From Minisyncoccia bacterium (GTDB taxonomy: Bacteria; Patescibacteriota; Minisyncoccia; Phycocordibacterales; UBA918): a stretch of 60,187 nt of DNA. This document shows, one piece after another, positions 36,699 through 47,205 of this stretch (position 1 is the stretch's first letter; each line of letters opens with the position of its first letter). The stretch is from positions 1 to 60,187 of the forward strand of contig CAXRCZ010000008.1 of NCBI GenBank assembly GCA_964229335.1. Reading direction: 5' to 3'. A program made the translations under genes and the position numbers. The notes beneath the pieces were generated by a model. It made no database searches. It had not been told where the DNA came from and saw only the letters and a program-made list of their open reading frames with translations.

Positions 36699-39344
36699 TC
36701 ATTTAAGAATTCGTTTGAGGTATTTTCCAGTGTGAGATTTTTCACTTTTAGCTACTTCTTCTGGAGTACCTTTAGCCACGATTGTACCTCCTCCCTGCCC
36801 TCCTTCTGGACCAATATCAATTAGATAATCTGCGCTTTTAACTAAATCGAGATTGTGTTCAATTACCATCACTGTGTTTCCTTTATCAACTAGTTGCTGC
36901 AAGATTTCTATTAGTTTGCGAACATCCTCATAATGTAGACCAATGGTAGGTTCATCGAGTAGATAAATAGTTTTTTGGGTATGTTGTCGATATAGCTCAG
37001 AAGCGATTTTGACTCGCTGAGCTTCTCCACCAGATAATGTAGTAGCGCTCTGCCCAAGCTCTAAGTAGCCTAGACCTACCTCTATCAAGGTACGTAATCG
37101 TTCTTCGATGGCTGGGATGTCTTTGAAGAATTCATGCGCATCTTCCACTGTTAAATGAAGGATTTGATGAATATTTTTGTGCTTATAAGTCACCTCTAAA
37201 GTTTCTTTCGTAAAGCGAGTTCCGTCACACACATCACAAGTCACGTAAACCGTTGGCAAAAAGTGCATCTCTACCGCAATTACCCCGTTACCCTGACAGG
37301 CTTCACAGCGGCCACCTTTAACATTAAAACTAAAACGACCGGGTTTCCAACCTCGTGCCTTTGCTTCAGAAGTAGAAGCTAGTAGGTCGCGAATATGAGT
37401 AAAGGCGCCAGTATAGGTGGCTGGGTTACTACGTGGCGTACGTCCAATTGGCGACTGGTCAATCAGGACTGAGCGACCAAGATATTCTGTACCAGCAATA
37501 CTGCTCGCGTTAAATGTCTTAGGACTACGATGCTTTTTATCAAGTCTGGCCTTGAGATTACGATTAATAATTTCGTACATTAAGGTTGATTTTCCTGAAC
37601 CAGACACTCCGGTAACACAAATTAATCGTCCAAGCGGGATATCAATATTTAAGTTTTTAATATTGAAAGCTTTTCCACCTCGAATTTGCAGCGAACCTTT
37701 TTCACTAATGCGGCGTTTTGGGACCTCTATTTGTTTGTCTCCTCTTAAGTAGTCAAGTGTGACAGACCCACTACTATTCTTCTTGGCAGTTAATAGTTCA
37801 TCGAGATAGTCGGCCACAACCACCTCTCCACCATGCACTCCTGCTCCTGGTCCAATATCAACCAAGTAGTCGGCGGCGTGTATGGTGTCTTCATCGTGCT
37901 CAACCACCAAAATGGTATTTCCTAAATCACGCAATTCTTTGAGAGTGTGAATTAGGCGGTCATTATCGCGCTGATGCAGCCCAATGGTTGGTTCATCAAG
38001 TACGTACAAGGCTCCGACCAGTCCTGAGCCTAATTGTGAAGCTAGTCTAATTCGCTGTGCCTCTCCACCAGAAAGGGTGTTGGCACGTCGATCGAGTGTT
38101 AGGTACTCGATACCGACATTCTTCATAAACTCTAGTCGCTCGATTATCTCTCGCAAGGCTGGCCAAGCAATTTCGTGTTGCTTTTCAGTTAAATTGAGGT
38201 CGTCAATGACAGCCGCAGCTTCGGTAACAGTCAGGGCGGTAAAATCAACGATATTGTGGCCGAGATTCTTTTTGCCATCACCACCGAGGTACACTCGAAG
38301 TGCTTCAGGACGCAATCTAGCTCCTTTACACGCAGGACAGGTATCAGAGTTAAAGATACCTACCACACCCAATCCATTACATTCAGAACAAGCGCCATAG
38401 GGCGAGTTAAAAGAGAATAACCGCGGCTCGACTTCAGGAAAAGACGAGCCGTCTGCTGGACAAATAAACTTGGCTGAGAGCGTCCGCAATGAACCGTCTG
38501 GACTTTGAATTTTAACCAGGCCATTTGATTCAGCGAGAGCAAGTTCTACAGCTTCAGATAAGCGTTCGTGAGAACCTTTTTTATCGGAAGTAAATTCACT
38601 AACATAGATTTCATCAATCAATACGTCTATGTCATGCCGCTTGGTTTTGGTAAGAGTGATTTTTTCACGAAGTTGTTTGACTTCTCCATCAATCTTTACG
38701 GTTTCATACCCTTTGTTCAATAAGTCATAGAGCAACTGGTAGTACTCACCCTTTCTACCCACAACCACTGGAGAAAAGATTGAAACCCTACCTTTGCTAA
38801 CTTCAATCCCCATTACATCACTCGATTGAGCTTTGGTAGCTTCTTTGACTTCTTTGTTTTCAATTGACTCTAATACAATCGATAAAATTTCATCTTGAGA
38901 TAGTCTTTGGATAGGAACATCTACGTCAAGACAGTACGGCTGACCGATTCGAGCGTACAAAATACGAAGATAGTCGTAAATTTCAGTTATCGTCGCTACT
39001 GTTGAGCGTGGATTACGGGAAGCAGATTTCTGGTCAATCGATATCGCTGGAGACAGTCCGGCAATCTCATCAACGTCAGGTTTTTGCATTTTATTTAAAA
39101 ATTGCCTGGCATACGGTGACAATGATTCAACGTAGCGTCGTTGACCTTCAGCAAATATGGTGTCAAACGCTAAGGATGATTTTCCTGAACCAGAGGGCCC
39201 AGTAATAGCAATCATTTTTCCACGCGGCATACGAACATCAACATTCTTGAGATTGTGTGTCCTTGCACCACGAACTACTATCTCATCTGCGGCTGAAACA
39301 TTCTTTTCTTTTTCTTTCTTGGAATTATTACTCTGATTTACCAT
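36699..39344 (-). CDS. uvrA: Excinuclease ABC subunit UvrA
   Basis: Two Walker A motifs (GPSGSGKSS, GVSGSGKST), LSGGEAQR twice, zinc finger CEACQG..CDVC. Confidence 0.98.
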   Translation of the reverse strand: MVNQSNNSKKEKEKNVSAADEIVVRGARTHNLKNVDVRMPRGKMIAITGPSGSGKSSLAFDTIFAEGQRRYVESLSPYARQFLNKMQKPDVDEIAGLSPAISIDQKSASRNPRSTVATITEIYDYLRILYARIGQPYCLDVDVPIQRLSQDEILSIVLESIENKEVKEATKAQSSDVMGIEVSKGRVSIFSPVVVGRKGEYYQLLYDLLNKGYETVKIDGEVKQLREKITLTKTKRHDIDVLIDEIYVSEFTSDKKGSHERLSEAVELALAESNGLVKIQSPDGSLRTLSAKFICPADGSSFPEVEPRLFSFNSPYGACSECNGLGVVGIFNSDTCPACKGARLRPEALRVYLGGDGKKNLGHNIVDFTALTVTEAAAVIDDLNLTEKQHEIAWPALREIIERLEFMKNVGIEYLTLDRRANTLSGGEAQRIRLASQLGSGLVGALYVLDEPTIGLHQRDNDRLIHTLKELRDLGNTILVVEHDEDTIHAADYLVDIGPGAGVHGGEVVVADYLDELLTAKKNSSGSVTLDYLRGDKQIEVPKRRISEKGSLQIRGGKAFNIKNLNIDIPLGRLICVTGVSGSGKSTLMYEIINRNLKARLDKKHRSPKTFNASSIAGTEYLGRSVLIDQSPIGRTPRSNPATYTGAFTHIRDLLASTSEAKARGWKPGRFSFNVKGGRCEACQGNGVIAVEMHFLPTVYVTCDVCDGTRFTKETLEVTYKHKNIHQILHLTVEDAHEFFKDIPAIEERLRTLIEVGLGYLELGQSATTLSGGEAQRVKIASELYRQHTQKTIYLLDEPTIGLHYEDVRKLIEILQQLVDKGNTVMVIEHNLDLVKSADYLIDIGPEGGQGGGTIVAKGTPEEVAKSEKSHTGKYLKRILK

Positions 39345-39412
39345 ATAAATCGTCCCTTAGTTGCTGCTAAGGGTGTCAGTTCATTATACCTGCCACAGCA
39401 CGACGCGCAATT

Positions 39413-40723
39413 TTAGGCTCTCGGTAGCGTAACCACCACCGCAGTACCGACATTTTTAATTGATTCTACCTGTATATCTCCGTGCAATTGTAGTACTAGT
39501 TGTTTGGTAATCCACATTCCCAGTCCTGACCCTTCAATCTCAGTCTCTTCAACATCACCCACTCGAGAAAAGGCCTCAAACAATTTCTTTTGGTCCTCAG
39601 CACTAATTCCTCTACCGGTATCTTGGATACGAATCTCTACCTCAGCTCCGTTGATAGAGTAGCTAATTTTAATGTCACCGGCTTCTGTATATTTGACTGA
39701 ATTATTTATCAAGTTAACTAATACCTGTACTAAGCGATCTCTATCGCTAGTAACCAATATTTCTGACGAATTTGTCACATCTGTAACGACGAGACCCTTC
39801 TTTTCAGCTGCGATACCGACCTGCACCAGTGCATCTGCTACAACTGCTTGTACTTTTTGTGGTTTAAATTGCAGCCGCAGTTTACCTGATTGCAGTTTTG
39901 CTACTTCTAGAAAATCATTTACCAAGGTGAGTAGTTTCTTATTAGCTGTTTGTATTCCAGACAGGCTTTCTACGTCACGTGGCCTTAATCGGTTGGATTC
40001 ACTTAGGAAGCCGGCGTAGCCTGATATCGCAGTTAATGGTGTTCTAAATTCATGCGCGATGGTAGCAGTAAATAAATCTCTCTCATTAAGGCTTTTTTGT
40101 AACCGCAAGTACGAGATATGCCAATTGTGTTGCCGTGCCAACCAGTACGCTAGTGCTAGCAAAAGAAGCAGGATAAAGAAAAAGATAAAGTATGTACCAA
40201 GCAAACGGTTCTGCACCAAACTATCAAAATCAGTGAAGTTATGTGTGGTTATTATGTAGGTTGTTGCAGCCGGACTGTCAATTCTGCGCACTGCCTCCCA
40301 ATACCGACCTGAAGTTCCTTGATTAGCAAAAATCAGCGTCTCGTTCGGGAGTAGAGCTGATTCAAAAATAAATTCCCGCTCTTCAACATACTCTAGAGCT
40401 GTGCTTTCAGGATAGACTTGTAAATACCTATCTCCTGTTCGTTCTACCATAATTATTTCTTCTAGACTTTGATCAGTATCATAGAATGATGAAATAGAAT
40501 CAGTATCGTACAGAAACTTGGTCTCTATAGCAGAATGTAGTATCGATATTCGGCTTTTTTGCACCGTCTCGATATTGTCTTCTGCTACTGAATAGACAGA
40601 CTGCGAAAATAGCAACAATAAGAATGGAAACACAAAGGCTAGCGCGCCGACTAAGATGAGTTTGGTATTTTGCCTCATCACTTTTATCCCTTCTTGGAGA
40701 ATATATAAAACTCGAGAAATCAT
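39413..40723 (-). CDS. Membrane sensor histidine kinase
   Basis: Two TM helices, H-box AHEFRTPLTAI, N-box NLINNSVKY, G1 DTGRGI, G2 GSGLG. Confidence 0.95.
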   Translation of the reverse strand: MISRVLYILQEGIKVMRQNTKLILVGALAFVFPFLLLLFSQSVYSVAEDNIETVQKSRISILHSAIETKFLYDTDSISSFYDTDQSLEEIIMVERTGDRYLQVYPESTALEYVEEREFIFESALLPNETLIFANQGTSGRYWEAVRRIDSPAATTYIITTHNFTDFDSLVQNRLLGTYFIFFFILLLLLALAYWLARQHNWHISYLRLQKSLNERDLFTATIAHEFRTPLTAISGYAGFLSESNRLRPRDVESLSGIQTANKKLLTLVNDFLEVAKLQSGKLRLQFKPQKVQAVVADALVQVGIAAEKKGLVVTDVTNSSEILVTSDRDRLVQVLVNLINNSVKYTEAGDIKISYSINGAEVEIRIQDTGRGISAEDQKKLFEAFSRVGDVEETEIEGSGLGMWITKQLVLQLHGDIQVESIKNVGTAVVVTLPRA

Positions 40724-40727
40724 GAGT

Positions 40728-42626
40728 TTAAGTACTGGTCGGCTGTGGCTGCCTAAGACTACTGCCTAATAGTAATAATATTAAGCCCAAACCAAGCAGC
40801 CCAAGACCAGCTGCCAAAGCATATGGATTACCAGAAGCCGCAGTTTGCAACGATGAAGTGTTTCCATTGGCAGCAGCTGTAAACGCTTCCGCCTGTTTTA
40901 CGAACGCAAACGGGTTACTTTGCGCGACGATAGCCCCACTTGCATCAGTGATCGCTACGTAGACCTCATGAGAACCGTCTTCAAGTTCTTCTTCAAAGGT
41001 GTACGAGAATGATCCGTCATCGTTGGTTGCTACAGTAATTACTTTTGGTGTACTAAACATGTATATAGTGGCAAAACTACCCGGCAGAGCTGTTCCTTGG
41101 ACAACCGCTTGCACTCGAGCTTTCGTAGCACCCTCTTCCGACTCTACCTTTGGAGTCACAGTGGCTACAGTCAGGACATCCTCACGTACTAAAGTGATGG
41201 TTTCTCTAGGTGATTCATAGCGAATTCGCGCACCTACGTCGCTGTTAGTAGGATCAGTACCGAGTCGTATCTCAGCGCCATCAGCTACCCCGTCTTCGTC
41301 AGTATCAGCTAATTCTGGGTCGGTAAAATAAAGTTGTGATTCATCAATATCTGAAATTCCATCGCCGTCAGTATCAATTTTGGCAGAGCGATCAGCTTGC
41401 TTGAGGCGAGCTAATACCTCTGCCCTTTCTACAAGATTCTCAAAAGTATCATCAATTTCAGTGGAGATTTCTTCTGCATCTGTAGAAGATTCGTTCCATA
41501 CTGCCGTTCTTCTAATTTCATCTTGCTTTTGACGTAATTCACGTCGAGTTCGCTCAATTTCGTTACTATTATTAGTTTCTTGCGCCCTTGAATAATTAGT
41601 AAGTAATTCTCTGACCTCTGCCTCATTGGTACCTAATAACTCTCTGGCTTCTTGTTCCGGTGCGGCAGTTGGTTGTAGCGGATAGGGGCGAACTTCTTCG
41701 ACCACTCTAATGATTGGTGAGGAGGAAGTTGGTACTCGTTCGCTAACAGAAACTTCAGGTGCCGGTTTTATAATTGTTACATTAAGAGGATCACTTTCGA
41801 GTCGACCCCCTTCTCGCTTGGCAAAAGCAGTAATGATGTAAGGGCCACTGCGCATTTGTGACGGATCTAAGAAAAAACTCCATTTACCAGCTCGATTACT
41901 AGCGATACCGAGAAGCATCTCTGCTCTACCGCCTGGCTGTTTAGCGTACAGTTCGATGTAGTTGGTGTTTTCTGGAGCTGTGATATTGATAGTGGTTGGC
42001 TCCTCGACCACTGTTGAGTTTATGCGGAGTGAAATTCTATCCTCCGATACAGGTAAATTATCTGTTCGAAGATTAGTAGTGGTATCTCTTGATTGATTTG
42101 AAAGTAGCGTATTTGCTACATTAGAAGATTGTAGTGAAGCTAGATACGTTGCACCTTGGTCAGTATTACCAAATGCATACAAACTTCCAAATAGAATAAA
42201 GCAAGCTGCTGGTATATATGCGACTATGCGGACTCGGTGAGCAATATCATCACTGAGCAAGGTCGTAATAGCTCGAGACTTTTCAATCGCTCGCAGACTC
42301 ATGTTAGACGGTAAGTCAACGTCTTTTTCTGCAGAATGGGCAGTTTTCTTAGTAGTTAAAAAGAAATCACTCCATAAAAAAGGTGATTTGGTAGCTGAAG
42401 CTTCAGTTGATTTAGTTTTTTTGGCAGTTACTTTACTAGAGACTTTTGTTGAGGACTTGGAATTTTTTTTAGTGGTTTTGGAAGCATCTTTTTTTGCAGC
42501 TGGAGTTTTACTGTTAATGGTTGGTGTGGCTTTACGTTTTTTCGGAGTGGTTTTTTTAGCTGCCGAAGTCTTCGACTTTGATGGTTTTTTAGAAATTGAT
42601 TTCTTTGTCTCCTTTTTAGCGCTCAT
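40728..42626 (-). CDS. Large surface protein: Lys-rich N-tail, TM, Ig-like domains, Ca-binding DxDxDG repeats, C-terminal TM
   Basis: K/S/T/A low-complexity first ~80 aa; DTDGDGISD..E and DTDEDGVADGAE; DGSFSY...LEDGSHEVYV. Confidence 0.7.
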   Translation of the reverse strand: MSAKKETKKSISKKPSKSKTSAAKKTTPKKRKATPTINSKTPAAKKDASKTTKKNSKSSTKVSSKVTAKKTKSTEASATKSPFLWSDFFLTTKKTAHSAEKDVDLPSNMSLRAIEKSRAITTLLSDDIAHRVRIVAYIPAACFILFGSLYAFGNTDQGATYLASLQSSNVANTLLSNQSRDTTTNLRTDNLPVSEDRISLRINSTVVEEPTTINITAPENTNYIELYAKQPGGRAEMLLGIASNRAGKWSFFLDPSQMRSGPYIITAFAKREGGRLESDPLNVTIIKPAPEVSVSERVPTSSSPIIRVVEEVRPYPLQPTAAPEQEARELLGTNEAEVRELLTNYSRAQETNNSNEIERTRRELRQKQDEIRRTAVWNESSTDAEEISTEIDDTFENLVERAEVLARLKQADRSAKIDTDGDGISDIDESQLYFTDPELADTDEDGVADGAEIRLGTDPTNSDVGARIRYESPRETITLVREDVLTVATVTPKVESEEGATKARVQAVVQGTALPGSFATIYMFSTPKVITVATNDDGSFSYTFEEELEDGSHEVYVAITDASGAIVAQSNPFAFVKQAEAFTAAANGNTSSLQTAASGNPYALAAGLGLLGLGLILLLLGSSLRQPQPTST

Positions 42627-42681
42627 GTAATTGCATTATAGCTTGGAAAGACAATTGTATTTTATTTTTTATTAACAGAAT

Positions 42682-43488
42682 TTAGTTAGCCAGCCGCTCC
42701 ATTTCGTTTACCAGTTCTGAGAGCTCAGTCATTGCTTTGACGTAAAAACCAGCTGCTCCGAGACTCTTGGCTCGCTCCTTATCATCAGCTTCGTCACGAT
42801 TAGTAAAGATAATGACTGGTATGTCTTTTAGTCCGGGGTCTTTTTTTACCATCTCCAAAAGATCCAAACCACTACATTCCGGCAACATGATATCTAGAAT
42901 GATTATGTCTGGTTTAAAGGCGCGTACTCCTTCTATAAAATTACTCCCATTGAGTGAAAACTCACAGGTGAAACCACTGTCTGTGAATTTCGTAGCCAGT
43001 AAATTACGTAGTAAAGAATCGTCTTCTACGATATACACTTTTAATGTGCCATCGGCTTTTTTACTTGGGCTTGGAGTAATATCAATAGTATTGGCTCCAG
43101 CGTTATTGTCAGATTCACCAAATATACTGCGGATTTTTTGATGCCATATTTCATCTGAATCTTTTGGTGAAATATAGTCAGTAACACCGGCCATCAAAAT
43201 ATTCTCTGCCGCCTCGATACTACTCTCTACAACAGCGACAATGGGTAGATTATTGACTGACCGCTCTTCTTGTAACTGAAGTAGATATTGCTGACAAACA
43301 GACTCATCTTCACTACAACCAATGATTAGCAAATCTGTCTGATTTTCCTCAAGTTGGTCTGCCGTTAGGTTAGATAAGATATCATCCTTTAGAAGCGCAC
43401 CTTGGGTATGTAGATACTCTGTAACCTCCTTCAGTAGCGCGGTAGTTTCTCCTGCGACCATCACCTTTTTTCCTTTTAGTAGGGACAT
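42682..43488 (-). CDS. Response regulator with tandem receiver domains (N-terminal one degenerate), no output domain
   Basis: C-terminal REC: IVEDD, PDIIILDIMLP, IPVIIFTN, FYVKA; N-terminal REC-like TDLLIIG. Confidence 0.85.
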   Translation of the reverse strand: MSLLKGKKVMVAGETTALLKEVTEYLHTQGALLKDDILSNLTADQLEENQTDLLIIGCSEDESVCQQYLLQLQEERSVNNLPIVAVVESSIEAAENILMAGVTDYISPKDSDEIWHQKIRSIFGESDNNAGANTIDITPSPSKKADGTLKVYIVEDDSLLRNLLATKFTDSGFTCEFSLNGSNFIEGVRAFKPDIIILDIMLPECSGLDLLEMVKKDPGLKDIPVIIFTNRDEADDKERAKSLGAAGFYVKAMTELSELVNEMERLAN

Positions 43489-43522
43489 CGTGTTTATGAT
43501 ACCACCCTTGTTTCTTGCTAGA

Positions 43523-45553
43523 TTATGATTTCCCCGACTTGTCCAAACCTTCTAGATGACGGATTTCATCTCGAATAATAGCCGCTGTTTCAAAATCTAG
43601 CAGTGCTACCGCTTCTTCCATTTGTCGTCGTTTCTCTTTTAAGACTTTTTTAGGATTTTTCTTAAATAATTCAACATCTACTTTCAACAGAGTGTCGACT
43701 GTCTCATCGTGCTCGGTACGCATCTGGTCAGCTATTGATTTGATTTCTTTGGTAATAGTTTGTGGAGTGATGCCATGTTGCTGGTTATAGGCTAATTGTA
43801 TTTCACGCCGACGAATTGTTTCTTCGATGGCGTAGGTCAGAGCTTTGGTTGATTCTTCGGCATATAAAACCACCCGTCCATTAACATTTCGTGCGGCTCT
43901 ACCAATGGTTTGAATCAAGGCAGTGTCACTACGCAAGAACCCTTCTTTGTCGGCATCAAGAATGGCTACTAATTCGACTTCTGGTAAGTCCAGCCCTTCG
44001 CGCAACAAGTTTACACCAACCAGACAATCGAAGGTACCGCGCCTGAATTCAGTCAGGATATTTATACGTTCAATCGTATCAACATCACTGTGAATATACT
44101 TGGTAGATATATTTCTTTCACTAAGAAAGTCTGACAAATCTTCAGCCATTCGCTTAGTCAGTGTAGTAACTAATACTCGCGCTCCGCCTTTAATAACCTT
44201 TTCTGCTTCGGAAATAAAATCTCTTACTTGACCCGGATAACTATCGGTCTCAGTAATTGGTCTCACGTCTATCTCAGGGTCTAACAAACCGGTCGGTCTA
44301 ATAATTTGCTCTACCGGAGCGATACCAGCCGCTTCGAGTTGTTCATACTCGTATTTTCCAGGTGTGGCTGAGGTGTAGATTTGTTGGTCTACTCGCTGTT
44401 GGAATTCATCAAATTGCAGCGGCCGGTTGTCGACTGCGCTCGGCAAACGAAATCCGTGTTCTACCAACGTCTCCTTTCTAGAGCGGTCGCCAGCATACAT
44501 GCCGCGCAATTGTGGAATAGTGACGTGCGATTCGTCGATAATTGTCAGGAAGTCAGGCGTGCCGTCTTTTTTATGTGGAAAATACGAAAGTAGAGTGTAC
44601 GGTGCTTCGCCTGGCTTTCTGCGGTCAAAGTGTCTAGAATAATTCTCAATACCGTTACAGTATCCCATTTCACTAATCAGAGCGATGTCCTGTTCAGTGC
44701 GCCGCTTAAGTCGCTCTGCCTCTAGTAGTTTCCCTTCCTTTTTAAATTTCTTCAGTTGTTCTGTTAGCTCTATTTTTATGTCTTCTATTGCGACCTTGCG
44801 TTCATCTTCGGGAGTAACAAAGTGCTTAGCAGGAAACAAAAAGAATACTTCTGGCTCTTCAATAATACCTCTGGTGATAGCATCAATCTTGGTGATGGAG
44901 GAAATTGTAGAGCCGGCAAAACCGAGACGATACACAACCCGTTCGTTAGTCGGCATTATTTCAACTGTATTCCCCACCGCGCGAAACTGGCCAGGATTCA
45001 AATCTGCATTGGTTCGCTCAAAGTACAAATCAATTAGCGTGCGCAACATTTCTGTACGGGTCGTTGAAAAGCCGCGCTCAATCTTTTTATGCTTCTTAAG
45101 GTATTCTGCCGGCGCGCCTAAACCATAAATACAAGATACTGAGGCAACGATAATGACGTCATCACGGGTTAACAAAGCCTGGGTTGAAGCATGCCGCAAG
45201 CGGTCAATCTCCTCATTAATCTGGGCTTCTTTTTCAATATAAGTATCACTCGTTGGCACATAGGCTTCCGGTTGATAATAATCGTAGTACGAGACAAAGT
45301 AATGCACTGCATTATTAGGAAAAAAGTCTCGGTACTCTTGAGCCAGTTGTGCCGCTAGTGTTTTGTTGTGCGCAATGACGAGTGTTGGCTTTTGAATCTG
45401 TTGGATGACATTAGCTGCAGTAAAAGTTTTTCCAGAACCAGTCACTCCTAGTAGTGTTTGGTGACGCTGACCAGCTCGTAAACCTTCGACCAACTTCCCA
45501 ATCGCTTGTGGCTGATCTCCGGCTGGAGTTTTGTCAGTAGAAATCTCGAACAT
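43523..45553 (-). CDS. uvrB: Excinuclease ABC subunit UvrB
   Basis: GDQPQAI, LGVTGSGKT, YYDYYQPEAY, DESH, QTIGRAARN. Confidence 0.99.
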   Translation of the reverse strand: MFEISTDKTPAGDQPQAIGKLVEGLRAGQRHQTLLGVTGSGKTFTAANVIQQIQKPTLVIAHNKTLAAQLAQEYRDFFPNNAVHYFVSYYDYYQPEAYVPTSDTYIEKEAQINEEIDRLRHASTQALLTRDDVIIVASVSCIYGLGAPAEYLKKHKKIERGFSTTRTEMLRTLIDLYFERTNADLNPGQFRAVGNTVEIMPTNERVVYRLGFAGSTISSITKIDAITRGIIEEPEVFFLFPAKHFVTPEDERKVAIEDIKIELTEQLKKFKKEGKLLEAERLKRRTEQDIALISEMGYCNGIENYSRHFDRRKPGEAPYTLLSYFPHKKDGTPDFLTIIDESHVTIPQLRGMYAGDRSRKETLVEHGFRLPSAVDNRPLQFDEFQQRVDQQIYTSATPGKYEYEQLEAAGIAPVEQIIRPTGLLDPEIDVRPITETDSYPGQVRDFISEAEKVIKGGARVLVTTLTKRMAEDLSDFLSERNISTKYIHSDVDTIERINILTEFRRGTFDCLVGVNLLREGLDLPEVELVAILDADKEGFLRSDTALIQTIGRAARNVNGRVVLYAEESTKALTYAIEETIRRREIQLAYNQQHGITPQTITKEIKSIADQMRTEHDETVDTLLKVDVELFKKNPKKVLKEKRRQMEEAVALLDFETAAIIRDEIRHLEGLDKSGKS

Positions 45554-45622
45554 TGCGCTACTATAACAAATTTGCTACTTTTGTCGCCAGAAATTTGGTT
45601 TTTATCTGGAGAGGAATGTCAT

Positions 45623-45970
45623 ATGCTTATTCGCGCTGAACAATCAAACTGCGGAAAGATTTATAAAGTCTATTTTCCGTACCGACTCTTTCGCAACGGA
45701 GAGAAAGCCTTCTGGCGGCCGAGTTCTACAGTTGAAACAATTCGACATTGTCTTGTTGCTGAAGACAACGACCCGTTTGGTGTACAGGCGAAATTGCCTT
45801 TGTTTCTAAGCAATATCGCCAAAGCAGAGTATCTCGAAACTCAACTCGAGAGAATTGATATGGGAGACCAGCAATGTGATCAAATCGATATTATCGGTAA
45901 AGAAACCATCAACTGGCCTCTATTGAGTAACGCACTCTATAAAGCGTTTGGTCTTTCAGTACAGTCGTAA
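45623..45970 (+). CDS. Small orphan protein
   Basis: GGAGAGG SD before ATG 45623; GC-rich hairpin 3 nt after stop. Confidence 0.6.
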   Translation: MLIRAEQSNCGKIYKVYFPYRLFRNGEKAFWRPSSTVETIRHCLVAEDNDPFGVQAKLPLFLSNIAKAEYLETQLERIDMGDQQCDQIDIIGKETINWPLLSNALYKAFGLSVQS

Positions 45971-45972
45971 TT

Positions 45973-45999
45973 ACGGCGCGCCCTTTCTGGGCGCGCCGT
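45973..45999. terminator. Hairpin between convergent genes
   Basis: ACGGCGCGCCC-TTTCT-GGGCGCGCCGT. Confidence 0.8.
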
Positions 46000-47199
46000 T
46001 TAACTTTGCAAAATTTTTTCCCGAAGTCGCTTCGTGAAATTGACGATGTAGTACAAATTATGAAGCGACGCTAAGTGGGCGCCAAGCATTTCTTTACTAC
46101 GGAACAAGTGCGCTAAATAAGCTTTTGTATAGTGAGTGCAGACATAACAGTTACACGATTCGTCTGGCTTAGAAAAATCAAGCTGGTACTTGGTATTGAG
46201 TAAGTTAGTCCGCCTATGACCTTCATTGGTCCTTTCGTATATAGTTCCAGTTCTAGCTAATCTAGTCGGGGCCACACAATCAAAAGTGTCGCACCCTTGG
46301 TGAACTCCCGCCACGATATCTTCTGGCTCTCCAATACCGAGCAAGTGCCTTGGTTTATCTTCCGGTAGGATTTCATTTACCACTGTAAGAGCTTCGCCTA
46401 AATCAGCTTTAGAGAAACTTCCCCCTATTCCGAACCCGTCAAAGTCCATTGCGGCCAGCGTGCGTGCACTTTCCTGACGCAGGTCAAGGTATCTTCCGCC
46501 TTGTACAACTCCATAAAGCCCTTGTTTCTTCAGCGCATCATAATTCTGTTTGTGCGCTAGCACACTACGCTTAGCCCAGCGATGGGTACGCTCCATCGCT
46601 TCACGTTGATATTCTTTGTCGGCCGTGGGACTGGTGCATTCATCAAAAGCAACGATGATATCGGCGCCGATTTTGTGTTGAATATCAATCGAACGCTCTG
46701 CTGTAAAGCGATGCATTGAGCCATCAAGGTGCGAGGTAAACGTGACTCCTTCCTCATCAATAACGCATAGTTTTCCGTGTTCCTTAGAAAATTCTTCAGA
46801 ATACAGATTAAGTCCTGATTGTTGATTATTATCAGTGTCAGTTTGCGTAAATTTAGTCACGCCTTTTCCAAAAGCAGCTCCTAGAGAAAACACTTGGAAC
46901 CCACCACTATCGGTCATAGTTGGTAGATTCCAGTTTGAAAATGAGTCTAGCCCTCCCGCTTCTTGTACCACATCTTCACCCGGCTGAAGAAACAGATGGT
47001 ACGTATTAGCCAGGGCTACTTGGGCACCAACATACTCATTTAAGTCTTCTGGCTTAATCCCTTTTACTGTCCCTTTAGTCCCAACCACTACAAACGCAGG
47101 TGTCTCGATATCACCATGTGGGGTTTTTATTACCCCTGCTCGGCCGAGACTACCAGCTTGGCGTTTGGTTATTTCAAAGCGGATTGGAGAAGTGCTCAT
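46000..47199 (-). CDS. tgt: tRNA-guanine transglycosylase
   Basis: TPHG.IETPAF, NTYHL, TDSGGFQVFSL, DECT, QGG, FDCV.PTR, CNCYVC..H. Confidence 0.96.
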   Translation of the reverse strand: MSTSPIRFEITKRQAGSLGRAGVIKTPHGDIETPAFVVVGTKGTVKGIKPEDLNEYVGAQVALANTYHLFLQPGEDVVQEAGGLDSFSNWNLPTMTDSGGFQVFSLGAAFGKGVTKFTQTDTDNNQQSGLNLYSEEFSKEHGKLCVIDEEGVTFTSHLDGSMHRFTAERSIDIQHKIGADIIVAFDECTSPTADKEYQREAMERTHRWAKRSVLAHKQNYDALKKQGLYGVVQGGRYLDLRQESARTLAAMDFDGFGIGGSFSKADLGEALTVVNEILPEDKPRHLLGIGEPEDIVAGVHQGCDTFDCVAPTRLARTGTIYERTNEGHRRTNLLNTKYQLDFSKPDESCNCYVCTHYTKAYLAHLFRSKEMLGAHLASLHNLYYIVNFTKRLREKILQS

Positions 47200-47205
47200 T
47201 GTGCC

